DNA of 64,000 nucleotides from NCBI RefSeq assembly GCF_053078305.1, contig NZ_CP166879.1; one strand, 5' to 3'. Shown piece by piece: positions 51,436 to 64,000 of this stretch (position 1 is its first letter; each line of letters starts with the position of its first letter). The notes under the pieces were generated by a model. It saw only the letters and a program-made list of their open reading frames with translations, ran no database searches and was not told where the DNA came from. The position numbers and the translations under genes were made by a program.

Positions 51436-52689
51436 TTACGCACGAATGGTGTAATCACCAATGCCGATCCACTTGTAAGTGGTCAGCGCTTCCAGCCCCA
51501 TTGGGCCACGCGCGTGGAGTTTTTGTGTGCTTACCGCCACTTCCGCACCCAGTCCAAACTGGCCGCCGTCGGTAAAACGCGTAGAGGCGTTAACGTAAAC
51601 AGCGGACGAATCCACTTCGTTAACAAAACGCTGGGCGTTGCGCATATCGCGGGTCAGGATCGCATCGGAGTGTTGTGTGCCGTGTTCACGAATATGGGCG
51701 ATGGCATCGTCAAGATCGCTGACGATTTTGACGTTCAAATCTAATGACAGAAACTCATCGTCATACTCTTCGGCTTTAACCGCCACCACCTTCGCGGGGC
51801 CTGCCTGCAACTGTGTCAGCGCTGCTGCATCTGCGTGTAATGTCACGCCGCTTTCCGCCATTTGTTTGCTTAATGCGGGCAGGAAGCTATCGGCGATGTT
51901 TTTATTCACCAGCAACGTTTCTACCGTATTACATGTGCTCGGACGCTGAGTTTTCGCGTTGACGATCACTTTTAATGCTTCAGCGATCTCTGCACTTTCA
52001 TCAACGTAAATATGGCATACGCCTATACCACCTGTGATCACCGGGATCGTCGACTGTTCGCGGCACAGTTTATGCAAACCAGCCCCGCCGCGCGGGATCA
52101 GCATGTCGATGTATTTATCCATACGCAGCATTTCACTGACCAGCGCACGGTCAGGATTATCAATCGCCTGCACGGCACCCGCCGGTAAGCCACAGGATTT
52201 CAGGGCGTCCTGAATCACCGCCACCGTTGCCGCGTTAGTGCGACAGGTTTCTTTGCCACCACGCAGGATCACCGCATTACCGGTTTTCAGGCACAGTGAA
52301 GCAACATCAACCGTCACGTTCGGGCGCGCTTCATAAATCACGCCAATAACCCCCAGCGGTACGCGACGACGCTCAAGACGCAGGCCGCTGTCCAGTACGC
52401 CGCCATCGATTACCTGCCCCACCGGATCGGCGAGGTTACACACCTGGCGCACATCGTCGGCAATGCCTTTCAGCCGTGCGGGCGTCAGTGCCAGACGGTC
52501 AAGCATCGCTTCGCTAAGGCCATTGGCTCGCGCGTCAGCAACATCCTGGGCGTTAGCGTTGAGGATGATTTCGCTTTGTGCTTCCAGTTCATCGGCGATT
52601 TTTTCCAGCACGCGATTTTTTTCGCGGCTGGAGAGTTGCGCTAATTTATACGAGGCTTGCTTCGCGGCAATGCCCATTTGTTCCAGCAT
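51436..52689 (-). CDS. proA: Gamma-glutamyl phosphate reductase
   Basis: 417 aa [38 protein letters not shown]...; directly follows proB. Confidence 0.95.
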   Translation of the reverse strand: MLEQMGIAAKQASYKLAQLSSREKNRVLEKIADELEAQSEIILNANAQDVADARANGLSEAMLDRLALTPARLKGIADDVRQVCNLADPVGQVIDGGVLDSGLRLERRRVPLGVIGVIYEARPNVTVDVASLCLKTGNAVILRGGKETCRTNAATVAVIQDALKSCGLPAGAVQAIDNPDRALVSEMLRMDKYIDMLIPRGGAGLHKLCREQSTIPVITGGIGVCHIYVDESAEIAEALKVIVNAKTQRPSTCNTVETLLVNKNIADSFLPALSKQMAESGVTLHADAAALTQLQAGPAKVVAVKAEEYDDEFLSLDLNVKIVSDLDDAIAHIREHGTQHSDAILTRDMRNAQRFVNEVDSSAVYVNASTRFTDGGQFGLGAEVAVSTQKLHARGPMGLEALTTYKWIGIGDYTIRA

Positions 52690-52700
52690 CGGCCAGCTCC

Positions 52701-53804
52701 TTAACGGGTAATCATGTCATCACGGTGAACGGCAACCGGGCCGTATTCATATCCCAGTATTGCATCAATTTCTTGCGAGTGGTGTCCGGCAATACGGCGT
52801 AATGCATCGCTGTTGTAACGACTGACGCCGTGGGCGATATCGCGACCTTCGAGGTTACAAATGCGGATGACTTCACCACGCGAGAAGTTGCCAGTCACGC
52901 TTTTAATGCCTTTCGGCAACAGGGAGCTGCCGCGTTCAAGAATGGCGGCGGTTGCCCCTTCATCTACCGTGATTTCACCCGCCGGCGGCGCACCGAAAAT
53001 CCAGCGTTTACGGTTTTCAAGCGGAGTCGCCTGGGCATGGAACAGCGTACCGACGGAAATGCCTTCCATCACATCACCAATGACGCCCGGCTTGCTGCCC
53101 GCGGCAATAATGGTGTCGATACCCGCACGGCAAGCCACGTCCGCGGCCTGCAATTTGGTACTCATGCCGCCAGTTCCGAGGCCTGAAACGCTGTCACCGG
53201 CAATCGCGCGCAGTGCGTCATCAATACCGTAAACATCTTTTATCAATTCTGCCTGCGGATTACTGCGCGGGTCAGCGGTATACAAACCTTTTTGATCGGT
53301 CAGTAACAACAGTTTATCGGCACCCGCCAGAATCGCCGCCAGTGCAGAAAGGTTGTCGTTATCGCCGACTTTAATCTCTGCCGTAGCGACAGCATCGTTC
53401 TCATTGATTACCGGAACGATATTGTTATCGAGCAACGCACGCAGGGTGTCGCGGGCGTTCAGGAAGCGTTCACGGTCTTCCATATCAGCACGGGTCAGCA
53501 GCATTTGCCCGACGTGAATGCCATAAATCGAAAACAGCTGTTCCCACAGTTGAATCAGTCGACTCTGCCCTACCGCCGCCAGCAGTTGTTTCGAGGCGAT
53601 AGTCGCTGGCAGTTCCGGGTAACCCAGGTGCTCACGTCCGGCGGCGATCGCGCCCGACGTCACAATAACAATCCGATGCCCGGCGGCATGTAACTGCGCG
53701 CACTGGCGAACAAGTTCAACGATATGGGCACGGTTCAGGCGGCGCGATCCGCCTGTTAGCACACTGGTGCCGAGTTTTACCACCAGCGTCTGGCTGTCAC
53801 TCAT
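52701..53804 (-). CDS. proB: Glutamate 5-kinase
   Basis: Internal ATG (plus 'cat' 53802-53804) gives 367 aa [34 protein letters not shown]... Confidence 0.95.
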
Positions 53805-54091
53805 GATTCTCTGCCATTCAATTTTAGGAAAAATGATATCAAACGAACGTTTTAGCAGGACTGTCGTCGGTTGCCAACCATCTGCGAGCAAAGCATGGCG
53901 TTTTGTTGCGCGGGATCAGCAAGCCTAGCGGCAGTTGTTTACGCTTTTATTACAGATTTAATAAATTACCACATTTTAAGAATATCATTAATCCGTAATA
54001 TATCTTTAACAATCTCAGGTTAAAAACTTTCCTGTTTTCAACGGGACTCTCCCGCTGAATATTCGCGCGTTAATTAAAATCAGGAATGAAA

Positions 54092-55147
54092 ATGAAAAAG
54101 AGCACTCTGGCATTAGTGGTGATGGGCATTGTGGCATCTGCATCCGTACAGGCCGCAGAAGTATATAACAAAGACGGTAATAAACTGGATGTCTATGGCA
54201 AAGTTAAAGCCATGCATTATATGAGTGATAATGACAGTAAAGATGGCGACCAGAGTTATATCCGTTTTGGTTTTAAAGGCGAAACACAAATTAACGATCA
54301 ACTGACTGGTTATGGCCGCTGGGAAGCGGAGTTTGCCGGTAATAAAGCGGAGAGTGATACTGCACAGCAAAAAACGCGTCTCGCTTTTGCCGGGTTGAAA
54401 TATAAAGATTTGGGTTCTTTCGATTATGGTCGTAACCTGGGCGCGTTGTATGACGTGGAAGCCTGGACCGATATGTTCCCGGAATTTGGTGGCGACTCCT
54501 CGGCGCAGACCGACAACTTTATGACCAAACGCGCCAGCGGTCTGGCGACGTATCGGAACACCGACTTCTTCGGCGTTATCGATGGCCTGAACTTAACCCT
54601 GCAATATCAAGGGAAAAACGAAAACCGCGACGTTAAAAAGCAAAACGGCGATGGCTTCGGCACGTCATTGACATATGACTTTGGCGGCAGCGATTTCGCC
54701 ATTAGTGGGGCCTATACCAACTCAGATCGCACCAACGAGCAGAACCTGCAAAGCCGTGGCACAGGCAAGCGTGCAGAAGCATGGGCTACAGGTCTGAAAT
54801 ACGATGCCAATAATATTTATCTGGCAACTTTTTATTCTGAAACACGCAAAATGACGCCAATAACTGGCGGCTTTGCCAATAAGACACAGAACTTTGAAGC
54901 GGTCGCTCAATACCAGTTTGATTTTGGTCTGCGTCCATCGCTGGGTTATGTCTTATCGAAAGGGAAAGATATTGAAGGTATCGGTGATGAAGATCTGGTC
55001 AATTATATCGATGTCGGGGCTACATATTATTTCAACAAAAATATGTCAGCGTTTGTTGATTATAAAATCAACCAACTGGATAGCGATAACAAATTGAATA
55101 TTAATAATGATGATATTGTCGCGGTTGGCATGACCTATCAGTTTTAA
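54092..55147 (+). CDS. phoE: Outer membrane phosphoporin PhoE
   Basis: [43 protein letters not shown]...; ends with porin C-terminal Phe (...GMTYQF); AGGA RBS. Confidence 0.95.
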   Translation: MKKSTLALVVMGIVASASVQAAEVYNKDGNKLDVYGKVKAMHYMSDNDSKDGDQSYIRFGFKGETQINDQLTGYGRWEAEFAGNKAESDTAQQKTRLAFAGLKYKDLGSFDYGRNLGALYDVEAWTDMFPEFGGDSSAQTDNFMTKRASGLATYRNTDFFGVIDGLNLTLQYQGKNENRDVKKQNGDGFGTSLTYDFGGSDFAISGAYTNSDRTNEQNLQSRGTGKRAEAWATGLKYDANNIYLATFYSETRKMTPITGGFANKTQNFEAVAQYQFDFGLRPSLGYVLSKGKDIEGIGDEDLVNYIDVGATYYFNKNMSAFVDYKINQLDSDNKLNINNDDIVAVGMTYQF

Positions 55148-55155
55148 TGATTATT

Positions 55156-55176
55156 GCCGGATGTGATGCATCCGGC
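55156..55176. terminator. Stem-loop between convergent phoE and crl
   Basis: gccggatg tgatg catccggc, 8-bp perfect stem; no strong T-run. Confidence 0.4.
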
Positions 55177-55185
55177 ACATTTCAC

Positions 55186-55644
<459 letters not shown>

Positions 55645-56889
55645 TTAACACAAACGTTTTTCGATCCATTCTGTGATTTCCTGAAGACCTTTGTCAAAAT
55701 TCCGATACACCGGGTTAAATGGGATCTCTAATAATTTACCGTCAGCAGATGATGAGGTGATTAAGCGTGAGTCCTCTTCCGGGCTGAACGGATCGTTCTT
55801 CCAGTAGCCTGATAACATTGGCGTTGGGCAGCGACGTCCCAGCAATCCTTGCACTTTTAATGAATAGCGATTCAGCTCCACGCGCAACGCTTCGTCGGAA
55901 GCATCATGCATCCCCAAACGACTGGCCAGAACGTCAAGATACATTTCCGGCACCTGTTGCTGGCACTTAAAATCACTCAACAGGGTATGAACTACCGGAC
56001 CAAGACAGGCAACCGCTTTCAGACGCGGTGATTCAAGGTATGCCAGACGCACGGCAACGTTAGCGCCGAAACGGAAACCAAAGGCCGCGACGCGAGTGTG
56101 ATCCACCCACGGTACGTTAGGCAGTGCCTTTAAGACGTGCTGATGCAACAGGCTGGAGTCCTGGGTGAGCTTCCATTTTGAAGAAAAGCCCACCGACGGC
56201 ATATCAATAGTCAGCATCGCAATGCCGCGCGGCGCAAAATAACGTTCATACAGGCTGTAATAGTCCGTCTGCATCGCATCCAGACCACCACACATTAATA
56301 CCGTCGGGAACGGGCCATCGCCTTTCGGCATATGCAAAAAGCCGGTGATGGGCGCACCGCCAGGTACGGTAAACTCCATCTGCCGCATCGTGCCCGGCAG
56401 ACGCTGAGCGGCCTCTTCATAGGCGCGGTTTGACAAAGCCTGCGCTTGCTCGGCCAGGTCATCTCCTTTCAGATGAGGATAGGCGGCAATGTTGTACAAC
56501 GTAGCCGCATGCAGCCAGTGACGACCACTGAGTTGCGGATCTTCTTCCGCACAGGCTTTTTGTTGCCACACCATCGCCTGGGTGGCCCACTCATAAATCC
56601 AGTTGCCGCCACGGTAGCCAATCACCGTATCGTATAAATCATCGTCGGTACGTTCGGCATCGCTCATCACAATACGTGCCTGGACGTCGAGGATTTCGCG
56701 TGGGTCAATGCCGCGCCAGATCCACATCAGACGGTTAATCATGCGATACCAGTGAGGGATGGTTTTACCATCAAGGGCCGACTGCACAGGCGGTTGTGCG
56801 CCGTGATTAAAGCGGCGGACTAGCGTCGAGGTTTCAGGATGTTTAAAGCGGGGTTTGAACAGGGTTTCGCTCAGGTTTGCCTGTGTCAT
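55645..56889 (-). CDS. frsA: Esterase FrsA
   Basis: 414 aa [60 protein letters not shown]... Confidence 0.95.
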   Translation of the reverse strand: MTQANLSETLFKPRFKHPETSTLVRRFNHGAQPPVQSALDGKTIPHWYRMINRLMWIWRGIDPREILDVQARIVMSDAERTDDDLYDTVIGYRGGNWIYEWATQAMVWQQKACAEEDPQLSGRHWLHAATLYNIAAYPHLKGDDLAEQAQALSNRAYEEAAQRLPGTMRQMEFTVPGGAPITGFLHMPKGDGPFPTVLMCGGLDAMQTDYYSLYERYFAPRGIAMLTIDMPSVGFSSKWKLTQDSSLLHQHVLKALPNVPWVDHTRVAAFGFRFGANVAVRLAYLESPRLKAVACLGPVVHTLLSDFKCQQQVPEMYLDVLASRLGMHDASDEALRVELNRYSLKVQGLLGRRCPTPMLSGYWKNDPFSPEEDSRLITSSSADGKLLEIPFNPVYRNFDKGLQEITEWIEKRLC

Positions 56890-56980
56890 GGATGCAGCCT
56901 CCAGAATACTTACTGGAAACTATTGTAACCCGCCTGAAGTTAAAAAGAACAACGCCCGGCAGTGCCAGGCGTTGAAAAGA

Positions 56981-57439
56981 TTAGCGACCGGAGATTGGCG
57001 GGACGAATACGACGCCCATATCCCACGGCTGTTCGATCCAGGTATCTTGCGGGATATCAACAACATAATCATCAACCAGCGGACGACCAGCCGGTTTTGC
57101 AAAGATGGTGACAAAGTGCGCTTTTGGATACATTTCACGAATCGCAACCGCAGTACCACCGGTATCCACCAGGTCATCAATAACGATGAAGCCTTCGCCA
57201 TCGCCTTCTGCGCGTTTCAGCACTTTAAGCTCGCGCTGGTTGTCGTGATCGTAGCTGGAAATACAAACGGTATCGACATGACGAATACCCAGTTCACGCG
57301 CCAGTAACGCACCCGGTACCAGACCGCCACGGCTTACGGCAATAATGCCTTTCCATTGTTCAGAAGGCATCAGTCGGCTTGCGAGTTTACGTGCATGGAT
57401 CTGCAACATGTCCCAGGTGACGATGTATTTTTCGCTCAT
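56981..57439 (-). CDS. gpt: Xanthine-guanine phosphoribosyltransferase
   Basis: 152 aa [65 protein letters not shown]... Confidence 0.95.
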
Positions 57440-57699
57440 GTGAAGTGTCCCAGCCTGTTTATCTACGGCTTAAAAAGTGTTCGAGGGGAAAATAGGTTGC
57501 GCGAGATTATAGAGATCTGGCGCACTAAAAACCAGTATTTCACATGAGTCCGCGTCTTTTTACGCACTGCCTCTCCCTGACGCGGGATAAAGTGGTATTC
57601 TCAAACATATCTCGCAAGCCTGTCTTGTGTTGACAACATTTTCTGCTAACCCTGTGACCTGCAATACTGTTTTGCGGGTGATCGACAAGGAGACTTAAC

Positions 57700-59157
57700 G
57701 TGTCTGAACTGTCTCAATTATCTCCACAGCCGCTGTGGGATATTTTTGCCAAAATCTGTTCTATTCCTCACCCGTCCTATCATGAAGAGCAACTCGCTGA
57801 ATACATTGTTGGTTGGGCAAAAGAGAAAGGTTTCCATGTCGAACGCGATCAGGTAGGTAATATCCTGATTCGTAAACCTGCTACAGCAGGTATGGAAAAT
57901 CGTAAACCGGTCGTCTTGCAGGCCCACCTCGATATGGTGCCGCAGAAAAATAACGACACCGTGCATGACTTCACGAAAGATCCTATCCAGCCTTATATTG
58001 ATGGCGAATGGGTTAAAGCGCGCGGCACCACGCTGGGTGCGGATAACGGCATTGGTATGGCCTCTGCACTGGCGGTTCTGGCTGACGAAAACGTGGTTCA
58101 CGGTCCGCTGGAAGTGCTGCTGACCATGACCGAAGAAGCCGGTATGGACGGTGCTTTTGGCTTACAGAGCAACTGGTTGCAGGCTGATATTCTGATTAAC
58201 ACCGACTCCGAAGAAGAAGGTGAAATCTACATGGGTTGCGCGGGGGGTATCGACTTCACCTCCAACCTGCATTTAGATCGTGAAGCGGTTCCAGCTGGTT
58301 TTGAAACCTTCAAGTTAACCTTAAAAGGTCTGAAAGGCGGTCACTCCGGCGGGGAAATCCACGTTGGCCTGGGTAATGCCAACAAACTGCTGGTGCGCTT
58401 CCTGGCGGGTCATGCAGAAGAACTGGACCTGCGTCTTATTGATTTCAACGGCGGCACACTGCGTAACGCCATCCCGCGTGAAGCCTTTGCGACCATTGCT
58501 GTCGCAGCTGATAAAGTCGACGCCCTGAAATCTCTGGTGAATACCTATCAGGAGATCCTGAAAAACGAGCTGGCAGAGAAAGAGAAAAATCTGGCCTTGT
58601 TGCTGGACTCTGTAGCGAACGATAAAGCTGCCCTGATTGCGAAATCTCGCGATACCTTTATTCGTCTGCTGAACGCCACCCCGAACGGTGTGATCCGCAA
58701 CTCCGACGTGGCAAAAGGTGTGGTCGAAACCTCCCTGAACGTCGGTGTGGTGACCATGACTGACAATAACGTAGAAATTCACTGTCTGATCCGTTCTCTG
58801 ATCGACAGCGGTAAAGACTACGTGGTAAGCATGCTGGATTCGCTGGGTAAACTGGCTGGCGCGAAAACCGAAGCGAAAGGCGCATATCCTGGCTGGCAGC
58901 CGGACGCTAATTCTCCGGTGATGCATCTGGTACGTGAAACCTATCAGCGCCTGTTCAACAAGACGCCGAACATCCAGATTATCCACGCGGGCCTGGAATG
59001 TGGTCTGTTCAAAAAACCGTATCCGGAAATGGACATGGTTTCTATCGGGCCAACTATCACCGGTCCACACTCTCCGGATGAGCAAGTTCACATCGAAAGC
59101 GTAGGTCATTACTGGACACTGCTGACTGAACTGCTGAAAGAAATTCCGGCGAAGTAA
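57700..59157 (+). CDS. pepD: Cytosol non-specific dipeptidase PepD
   Basis: 485 aa, GTG start; (M)SELSQLSPQPLWDIFAKICSIPHPSYHEEQLAEYIVGWAKEKGFHVERDQVGNILIRKP... Confidence 0.95.
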   Translation: MSELSQLSPQPLWDIFAKICSIPHPSYHEEQLAEYIVGWAKEKGFHVERDQVGNILIRKPATAGMENRKPVVLQAHLDMVPQKNNDTVHDFTKDPIQPYIDGEWVKARGTTLGADNGIGMASALAVLADENVVHGPLEVLLTMTEEAGMDGAFGLQSNWLQADILINTDSEEEGEIYMGCAGGIDFTSNLHLDREAVPAGFETFKLTLKGLKGGHSGGEIHVGLGNANKLLVRFLAGHAEELDLRLIDFNGGTLRNAIPREAFATIAVAADKVDALKSLVNTYQEILKNELAEKEKNLALLLDSVANDKAALIAKSRDTFIRLLNATPNGVIRNSDVAKGVVETSLNVGVVTMTDNNVEIHCLIRSLIDSGKDYVVSMLDSLGKLAGAKTEAKGAYPGWQPDANSPVMHLVRETYQRLFNKTPNIQIIHAGLECGLFKKPYPEMDMVSIGPTITGPHSPDEQVHIESVGHYWTLLTELLKEIPAK

Positions 59158-59169
59158 TTATTTGATTTG

Positions 59170-59201
59170 CTGCCGGATGGCGTTTAATCGCCTTCCGGCA
59201 G
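59170..59201. terminator. Stem-loop between convergent pepD and prfH
   Basis: ctgccgga ... tccggcag outer stem with inner ggcg/cgcc pairing; weak T-tract. Confidence 0.35.
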
Positions 59202-59213
59202 TTTCATCCTTCA

Positions 59214-59771
59214 TTATCCTTCGACAAAAGCCATCCCTGTAAACGTTCGTCGCGGGTTGCCACGTTCAATCTGGTGATGGAACATTCGCCGCTGTGATTT
59301 TAGCGCCGCGCTATTTTCCTGTTGCTGCTGCTCCAGCCTCCAGGCAATCAGCAATCGCGCCAGCCGTTTGTTAGCATGCTGGCTGCGCTCTGACTGAACC
59401 TTCACGCTAATACCGGATGCCAGATGCGTGGCGCGTACCGCCAAGTCGGTTTTATTGACATGTTGACCGCCCGGCCCCGACGAACGCAGCGTCTCATACC
59501 GGATCGCATCGGATTGCTCCTGCTCATCAGCGGTAAAACGCCCAATGCCCAGAAACCAGTTTTTGCGCCCATGATGAGGCCGATACGGACTCGGACAAAT
59601 CCACTGAATAGTGCCACACCAGCTTTCGCTTAATGCCCATGCGTTATCGCCATCCAGAGAAACCAGCGCCGAACGCAGCGTGTCAGAGTAGCAGCCCGTT
59701 TCTGTTTCCAGCACCGTTACCGCGACGTCTTGTCGGGTAAAAACGACCAACAGAGAAGAACGCTGCGCCAA
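59214..59771 (-). CDS. prfH: Peptide chain release factor homolog PrfH (possibly 5' truncated)
   Basis: 185-aa ORF with GGQ motif ([13 protein letters not shown]); its 5' end overlaps the rtcB-like fragment in another frame. Confidence 0.75.
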   Translation of the reverse strand: MAQRSSLLVVFTRQDVAVTVLETETGCYSDTLRSALVSLDGDNAWALSESWCGTIQWICPSPYRPHHGRKNWFLGIGRFTADEQEQSDAIRYETLRSSGPGGQHVNKTDLAVRATHLASGISVKVQSERSQHANKRLARLLIAWRLEQQQQENSAALKSQRRMFHHQIERGNPRRTFTGMAFVEG

Positions 59772-59964
59772 TCGGGTAGCCGCGTCCGGGGTGTAAATCT
59801 GGCATCCCCACTACGCGCTGCATGTTGGGTAAATTTGCCGTGGTGTGTAATTGTTGGATCGCTAATCTCTCGATCCACAGGTCATTAGATGCGATGGTAA
59901 ATACCGCATCGGATAAGGGACGAATATATTTGCCCATGTACCATTCCGTAAATAGACTCGTCAT
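59683..59964 (-). pseudogene. ykfJ: RtcB-like fragment (ykfJ-type remnant)
   Basis: 93-aa ORF ...[26 protein letters not shown]... resembles an RtcB N-terminal region; far too short for intact rtcB. Confidence 0.55.
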
Positions 59965-60182
59965 ACTTCAAGTTGCATGTGCTGCGACTCGAATTATTGA
60001 GAGTAACAATTTAAAAATCAGGAAATGGCAGACGAATCCAGGGCAAGAAAAAAAGAATTAATCCTGGAAAGGTCTGCAAAGAGTCATTGATAAAGGATTT
60101 GTCATGATTTACCTCCTTGCAGTTTGTGGAATAAGAAAACGCGCACATATTAGTCGGGCGTTATTTTCATTGCAAGCTGGAT

Positions 60183-60635
60183 TTAATGTTGCGGTTTATA
60201 ACGCATATAAAAATTAATAAACCACGCTCCCCGGCATTCAACGCGCTGCTGCTTAACTGTCTGAAAACCATAACGTTCAAAAAAGGGTTTTGCGGTTATG
60301 CTTGCGTCCACCGTAAGTTCGGATTCAGACTTAATCAAAGGTTTTAACAAAGCGCTGGCAACCCCACGGCGGGTGTATTCAGGGTCAACAAATAACATAT
60401 CGATATAGTATTCAACGCAGGTAATAAAGCCGACCAGTTTTGCATTAATGACTGCAACCCGCACTTGTGATTTCGCGAGTTTCTCCTTCCAGCGAGATTC
60501 GTCAATCTGCGCCCAGGCGGCAATTTGTTGTGGTGAATAATGCTGACTGGCGGTCATCGTAACCGCTCTAAGGAAAATAGCGCATAGTTGCTGAAAATCG
60601 CCAGGCTGATAGTTTCTTATTTGTATGTTATTCAT
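60183..60635 (-). CDS. yafP: GNAT-family acetyltransferase YafP
   Basis: 150 aa [43 protein letters not shown]...; start overlaps dinB stop by 4 nt. Confidence 0.85.
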   Translation of the reverse strand: MNNIQIRNYQPGDFQQLCAIFLRAVTMTASQHYSPQQIAAWAQIDESRWKEKLAKSQVRVAVINAKLVGFITCVEYYIDMLFVDPEYTRRGVASALLKPLIKSESELTVDASITAKPFFERYGFQTVKQQRVECRGAWFINFYMRYKPQH

Positions 60636-61687
60636 AATCCCAGCACCAGTTGTCTTTCCATTTGCGGGTCAAGCAACGTCACATGCAGCCCCACCAGTCG
60701 CACACCGCGCCCGCCGCGGCGTTCATCCCAGGTTTTACGCGCGGTGGCGATTAAGTCAGCTTTATTCAGCCGCGGCCAGACGTGCTCCTGGGTGGTTTGC
60801 TGAAAATCGTCGAACTTTAATTTCACCCCCTGGCGAGCAATCAGTAAATCAGGTTTTACCTTTGCCAGACGGCGTTCAAGTTCCGGATACAGCCGCTCGA
60901 TAATCGCTTCACATTCAGACCAGTGATGAATATCTTCCGCCATCGTGCGTTCCACGCCGACGGATTTTCGTAACCGTTCGCTGTTAACGTCGCGCTCGTC
61001 AATCCCCTGACTACGCTCCCACAAAATGCGGCCAAATTTGCCAAAGCGTTTAAGCAGAATCACCAGATCACACTTTTGTACATCACCGCAGGTCCGCAGC
61101 CCCATCGCTTCCAGTTTTGCCGCCGAGACTTTGCCGACGCCGGGGATTTTTGCCAGTGGTAAGGTTTGTAAAAATGTCGGAACTTCTGCCGGCGTAATCA
61201 CAAACTGGCCGTTGGGTTTATTCATGTCTGAGGCGATTTTGGCGAGAAACTTTACTGGTGCCACGCCCGCAGATGCCGTCAGTTGCAGCTCGTTGAAGAT
61301 CGTCTGGCGGATTTCCTGGGCGATGAGGGTCGCAGAACCGTGGCAATGGACGCTATCGGTGACATCGAGATAAGCCTCATCCAGTGACAACGGTTCAATA
61401 CGCGAGGTGTAGCGCGAGAAGATTTCACGGATATGATTTGAGGCTTCTTTGTAGGCGTCAAAGCGCCCCGGAAGCAAGGTGAGATGCGGGCATAATTTGA
61501 GCGCCATCCCTGTCGGCATAGCGCTACGTACGCCAAATTTACGCGCGGGATAATTGGCGGTGCTGATCACCCCCCGACGTTCGCGGCTACCGCCAATAGC
61601 AATAGGGATATCGCGCAGGGCGGGATTGTCGCGCATCTCCACTGCGGCGAAAAAGCAGTCCATATCCACATGAATGATTTTACGCAT
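60632..61687 (-). CDS. dinB: DNA polymerase IV
   Basis: 351 aa [69 protein letters not shown]... Confidence 0.95.
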   Translation of the reverse strand: MRKIIHVDMDCFFAAVEMRDNPALRDIPIAIGGSRERRGVISTANYPARKFGVRSAMPTGMALKLCPHLTLLPGRFDAYKEASNHIREIFSRYTSRIEPLSLDEAYLDVTDSVHCHGSATLIAQEIRQTIFNELQLTASAGVAPVKFLAKIASDMNKPNGQFVITPAEVPTFLQTLPLAKIPGVGKVSAAKLEAMGLRTCGDVQKCDLVILLKRFGKFGRILWERSQGIDERDVNSERLRKSVGVERTMAEDIHHWSECEAIIERLYPELERRLAKVKPDLLIARQGVKLKFDDFQQTTQEHVWPRLNKADLIATARKTWDERRGGRGVRLVGLHVTLLDPQMERQLVLGL

Positions 61688-61757
61688 TACTCACCTCTCA
61701 ACACTGGTAAAGTATACAGTGATTTCAGGGTTTGAGAAATGCGTAAAGATTCAGCAT

Positions 61758-62515
61758 TTAGCGCGTTCGATGCGAAAGCACCTGCTGCTTATCCAGCTTT
61801 TGCACCAGCGGCTGCACCACTTTATCCCCATGCTGACCAAAGTATTGATACAGCGTATCGGACGCACTTTTGGTCAGCACCATAATCTCAATACGCCGAT
61901 TGCCCGCGCTTTGCGGATTTTTGGCATCCAGCAGCATCTGGTCCGCCATTGCGCTTACCTGCATCACTTTATCTTCCGGCATTCCGGCCTCTTCCAGCAC
62001 CCGACGAGCCGAAAGCGCGCGGTCACCCGAAAGGTTCCAGTTGTTGTAGATATTGTTTTTGTAGGCCATCGCATCGGTATGCCCGGTAATAATAATTTTA
62101 TTATCGAGCGAGTCGAACACTGGCGCTAACTCCACCAACAGCGTTTTAAAGAACGGCATAATCTGCGCGCTGCCGCGTTCGAACATATTGCGATTCTGGT
62201 CGTCTTTAATCAGCACGCGTAATCCCTGCGGGACAATCTCCATCTCCAGATTCGCTTCCATATGCGCATCACGGGCAATGGTGTTGATACTGGTTGCCAG
62301 CTCACCAAGCTCGGTGGCGGATTTCTTCTTCAGCAGCGCCGTTTTCTCGTTGACGTCGCGCGCTTTTTTCTCCGTCTCTTCCGGCACCGCCACGGTGGCA
62401 GGTTTTGGCGGATGAGACGGGCTGATTTTATTTAACGGCGACAGCCCACCACCGTTAAAAATCGACTGCCCGTGCAGCGCGGCGATAATGCTTTCACGCT
62501 CGGATTTACTGACGC
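61758..62515 (-). pseudogene. lafU: lafU (MotB-like, Flag-2 remnant), 5' truncated
   Basis: OmpA/MotB C-terminal region ...NKIIITGHTDAMAYKNNIYNNWNLSGDRALSARRVLEEAGMPEDKV...; the first ~44 codons of the ORF track product are antisense to lfhA. Confidence 0.75.
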
Positions 62516-64000
62516 TGTTGACAATCAACTTTATCGTCGTCACCAAAGGGGCCGAGCGTATTTCCGAGGTTTCTGCCCGCTTTACCCTGGACGCGATGCC
62601 CGGCAAACAGATGGCGATTGACGCCGACCTTAACGCCGGGTTGATCAACCAGGCGCAGGCGCAAACCCGGCGTAAAGATGTCGCCAGCGAGGCCGATTTC
62701 TACGGCGCGATGGACGGGGCATCAAAGTTTGTGCGCGGGGACGCCATCGCCGGGATGATGATTCTGGCGATCAACCTGATCGGCGGTGTCTGTATCGGGA
62801 TCTTCAAATACAACCTGAGCGCCGATGCTGCCTTCCAGCAATATGTGCTGATGACCATCGGCGACGGGCTGGTGGCACAGATCCCTTCCCTGCTGCTCTC
62901 CACCGCGGCGGCGATTATCGTCACCCGCGTCAGCGACAACGGCGATATCGCCCATGACGTGCGCCACCAGCTGCTGGCAAGCCCGTCGGTGCTCTACACC
63001 GCCACCGGGATTATGTTTGTGCTGGCGGTGGTGCCGGGAATGCCGCATCTGCCGTTTTTGCTGTTCAGCGCCCTGCTTGGCTTTACCGGCTGGCGGATGA
63101 GCAAACGCCCGCAGGCAGCGGAGGCGGAGGAGAAAAGTCTCGAAACGCTGACCCGCACCATCACCGAAACCAGCGAGCAACAGGTCAGTTGGGAAACGAT
63201 ACCGCTGATCGAGCCTATCAGTTTAAGCCTCGGTTACAAGCTGGTGGCGCTGGTGGACAAAGCCCAGGGCAACCCGCTCACCCAGCGTATTCGCGGCGTG
63301 CGACAGGTGATATCCGACGGCAACGGCGTGCTGCTGCCGGAGATCCGCATTCGGGAAAACTTCCGCCTTAAGCCCAGCCAGTACGCTATTTTCATCAACG
63401 GCATTAAGGCTGATGAAGCGGATATTCCGGCGGATAAACTGATGGCCCTGCCCTCCAGCGAAACCTACGGCGAGATTGACGGCGTGCTGGGGAACGACCC
63501 GGCGTACGGGATGCCGGTGACCTGGATCCAGGCGGCGCAGAAAGCGAAGGCGCTGAATATGGGGTATCAGGTGATCGACAGCGCCAGCGTGATTGCCACC
63601 CATGTGAACAAGATTGTCCGCAGCTATATTCCTGATTTGTTTAACTATGATGACATCACGCAGTTACACAATCGCCTGTCATCGATGGCACCGCGCCTGG
63701 CGGAAGATTTAAGCGCGGCGCTGAATTACAGCCAGTTGCTGAAAGTGTACCGCGCGCTGCTGACCGAAGGCGTTTCCCTGCGCGATATCGTCACCATCGC
63801 CACCGTGCTGGTCGCAAGTAGCGCGGTGACCAAAGATCATATTCTGCTGGCAGCCGATGTGCGCCTGGCGCTGCGGCGCAGCATTACCCATCCGTTTGTT
63901 CGCAAGCAGGAGCTGACGGTGTATACCCTGAATAATGAGCTGGAAAATCTGCTGACCAACGTGGTGAATCAGGCGCAACAGGGCGGCAAAGTGATGCTCG
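62500..64000 (+). pseudogene. lfhA: lfhA (FlhA-like, Flag-2 remnant), 5' truncated, continues past window end
   Basis: Plus frame opens after stop 62413-62415 and reads ...LTINFIVVTKGAERISEVSARFTLDAMPGKQMAIDADLNAGLI... (FlhA core) to position 64000 without a stop; FlhA N-terminal region absent. Translated by eye. Confidence 0.8.

Noticed and set aside
51355-51949. Plus-strand ORFs overlapping proA
   Set aside because: Antisense to a highly conserved housekeeping gene.

Overview
Enterobacterial (Escherichia coli-like) chromosome segment, identified from gene content and motifs only; no database search was run. Positions 51.2-64 kb are conserved backbone: thrW tRNA-Thr, proA, proB, phoE, crl, frsA, gpt, pepD, prfH, an rtcB-like remnant (ykfJ), yafP, dinB, and the Flag-2 deletion scar lafU'/lfhA'. 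To the left of thrW lies a composite genomic island of about 46 kb (5333-51291) bounded by 56-nt direct repeats that duplicate the 3' end of the tRNA. Its cargo is: a P4-type integrase; a CP4-44/CP4-6-like block (CbtA/CbeA toxin-antitoxin, RadC-like, antirestriction, Antigen 43 with its GATC switch, GTPase); a Type III restriction-modification pair; a Bro-N protein; a contact-dependent inhibition locus cdiB-cdiA-cdiI; a DprA-like/PRTase-like gene pair; a primase-like/SF2 helicase fusion; an alpA-yfjI-yagK-type array; and two uncharacterised ORFs next to thrW. The most interesting items are the DprA-like/PRTase-like pair (ShosTA-like candidate), the CdiA C-terminal toxin with TNT-like NADase motifs plus its immunity gene, an apparent frameshift in cdiB, and the unexplained low-GC 545-aa ORF beside thrW. 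Left of the island are an MFS transporter, a secreted hydrolase, a LysR regulator and gene remnants. Family assignments are from recalled motifs and should be confirmed by profile searches.
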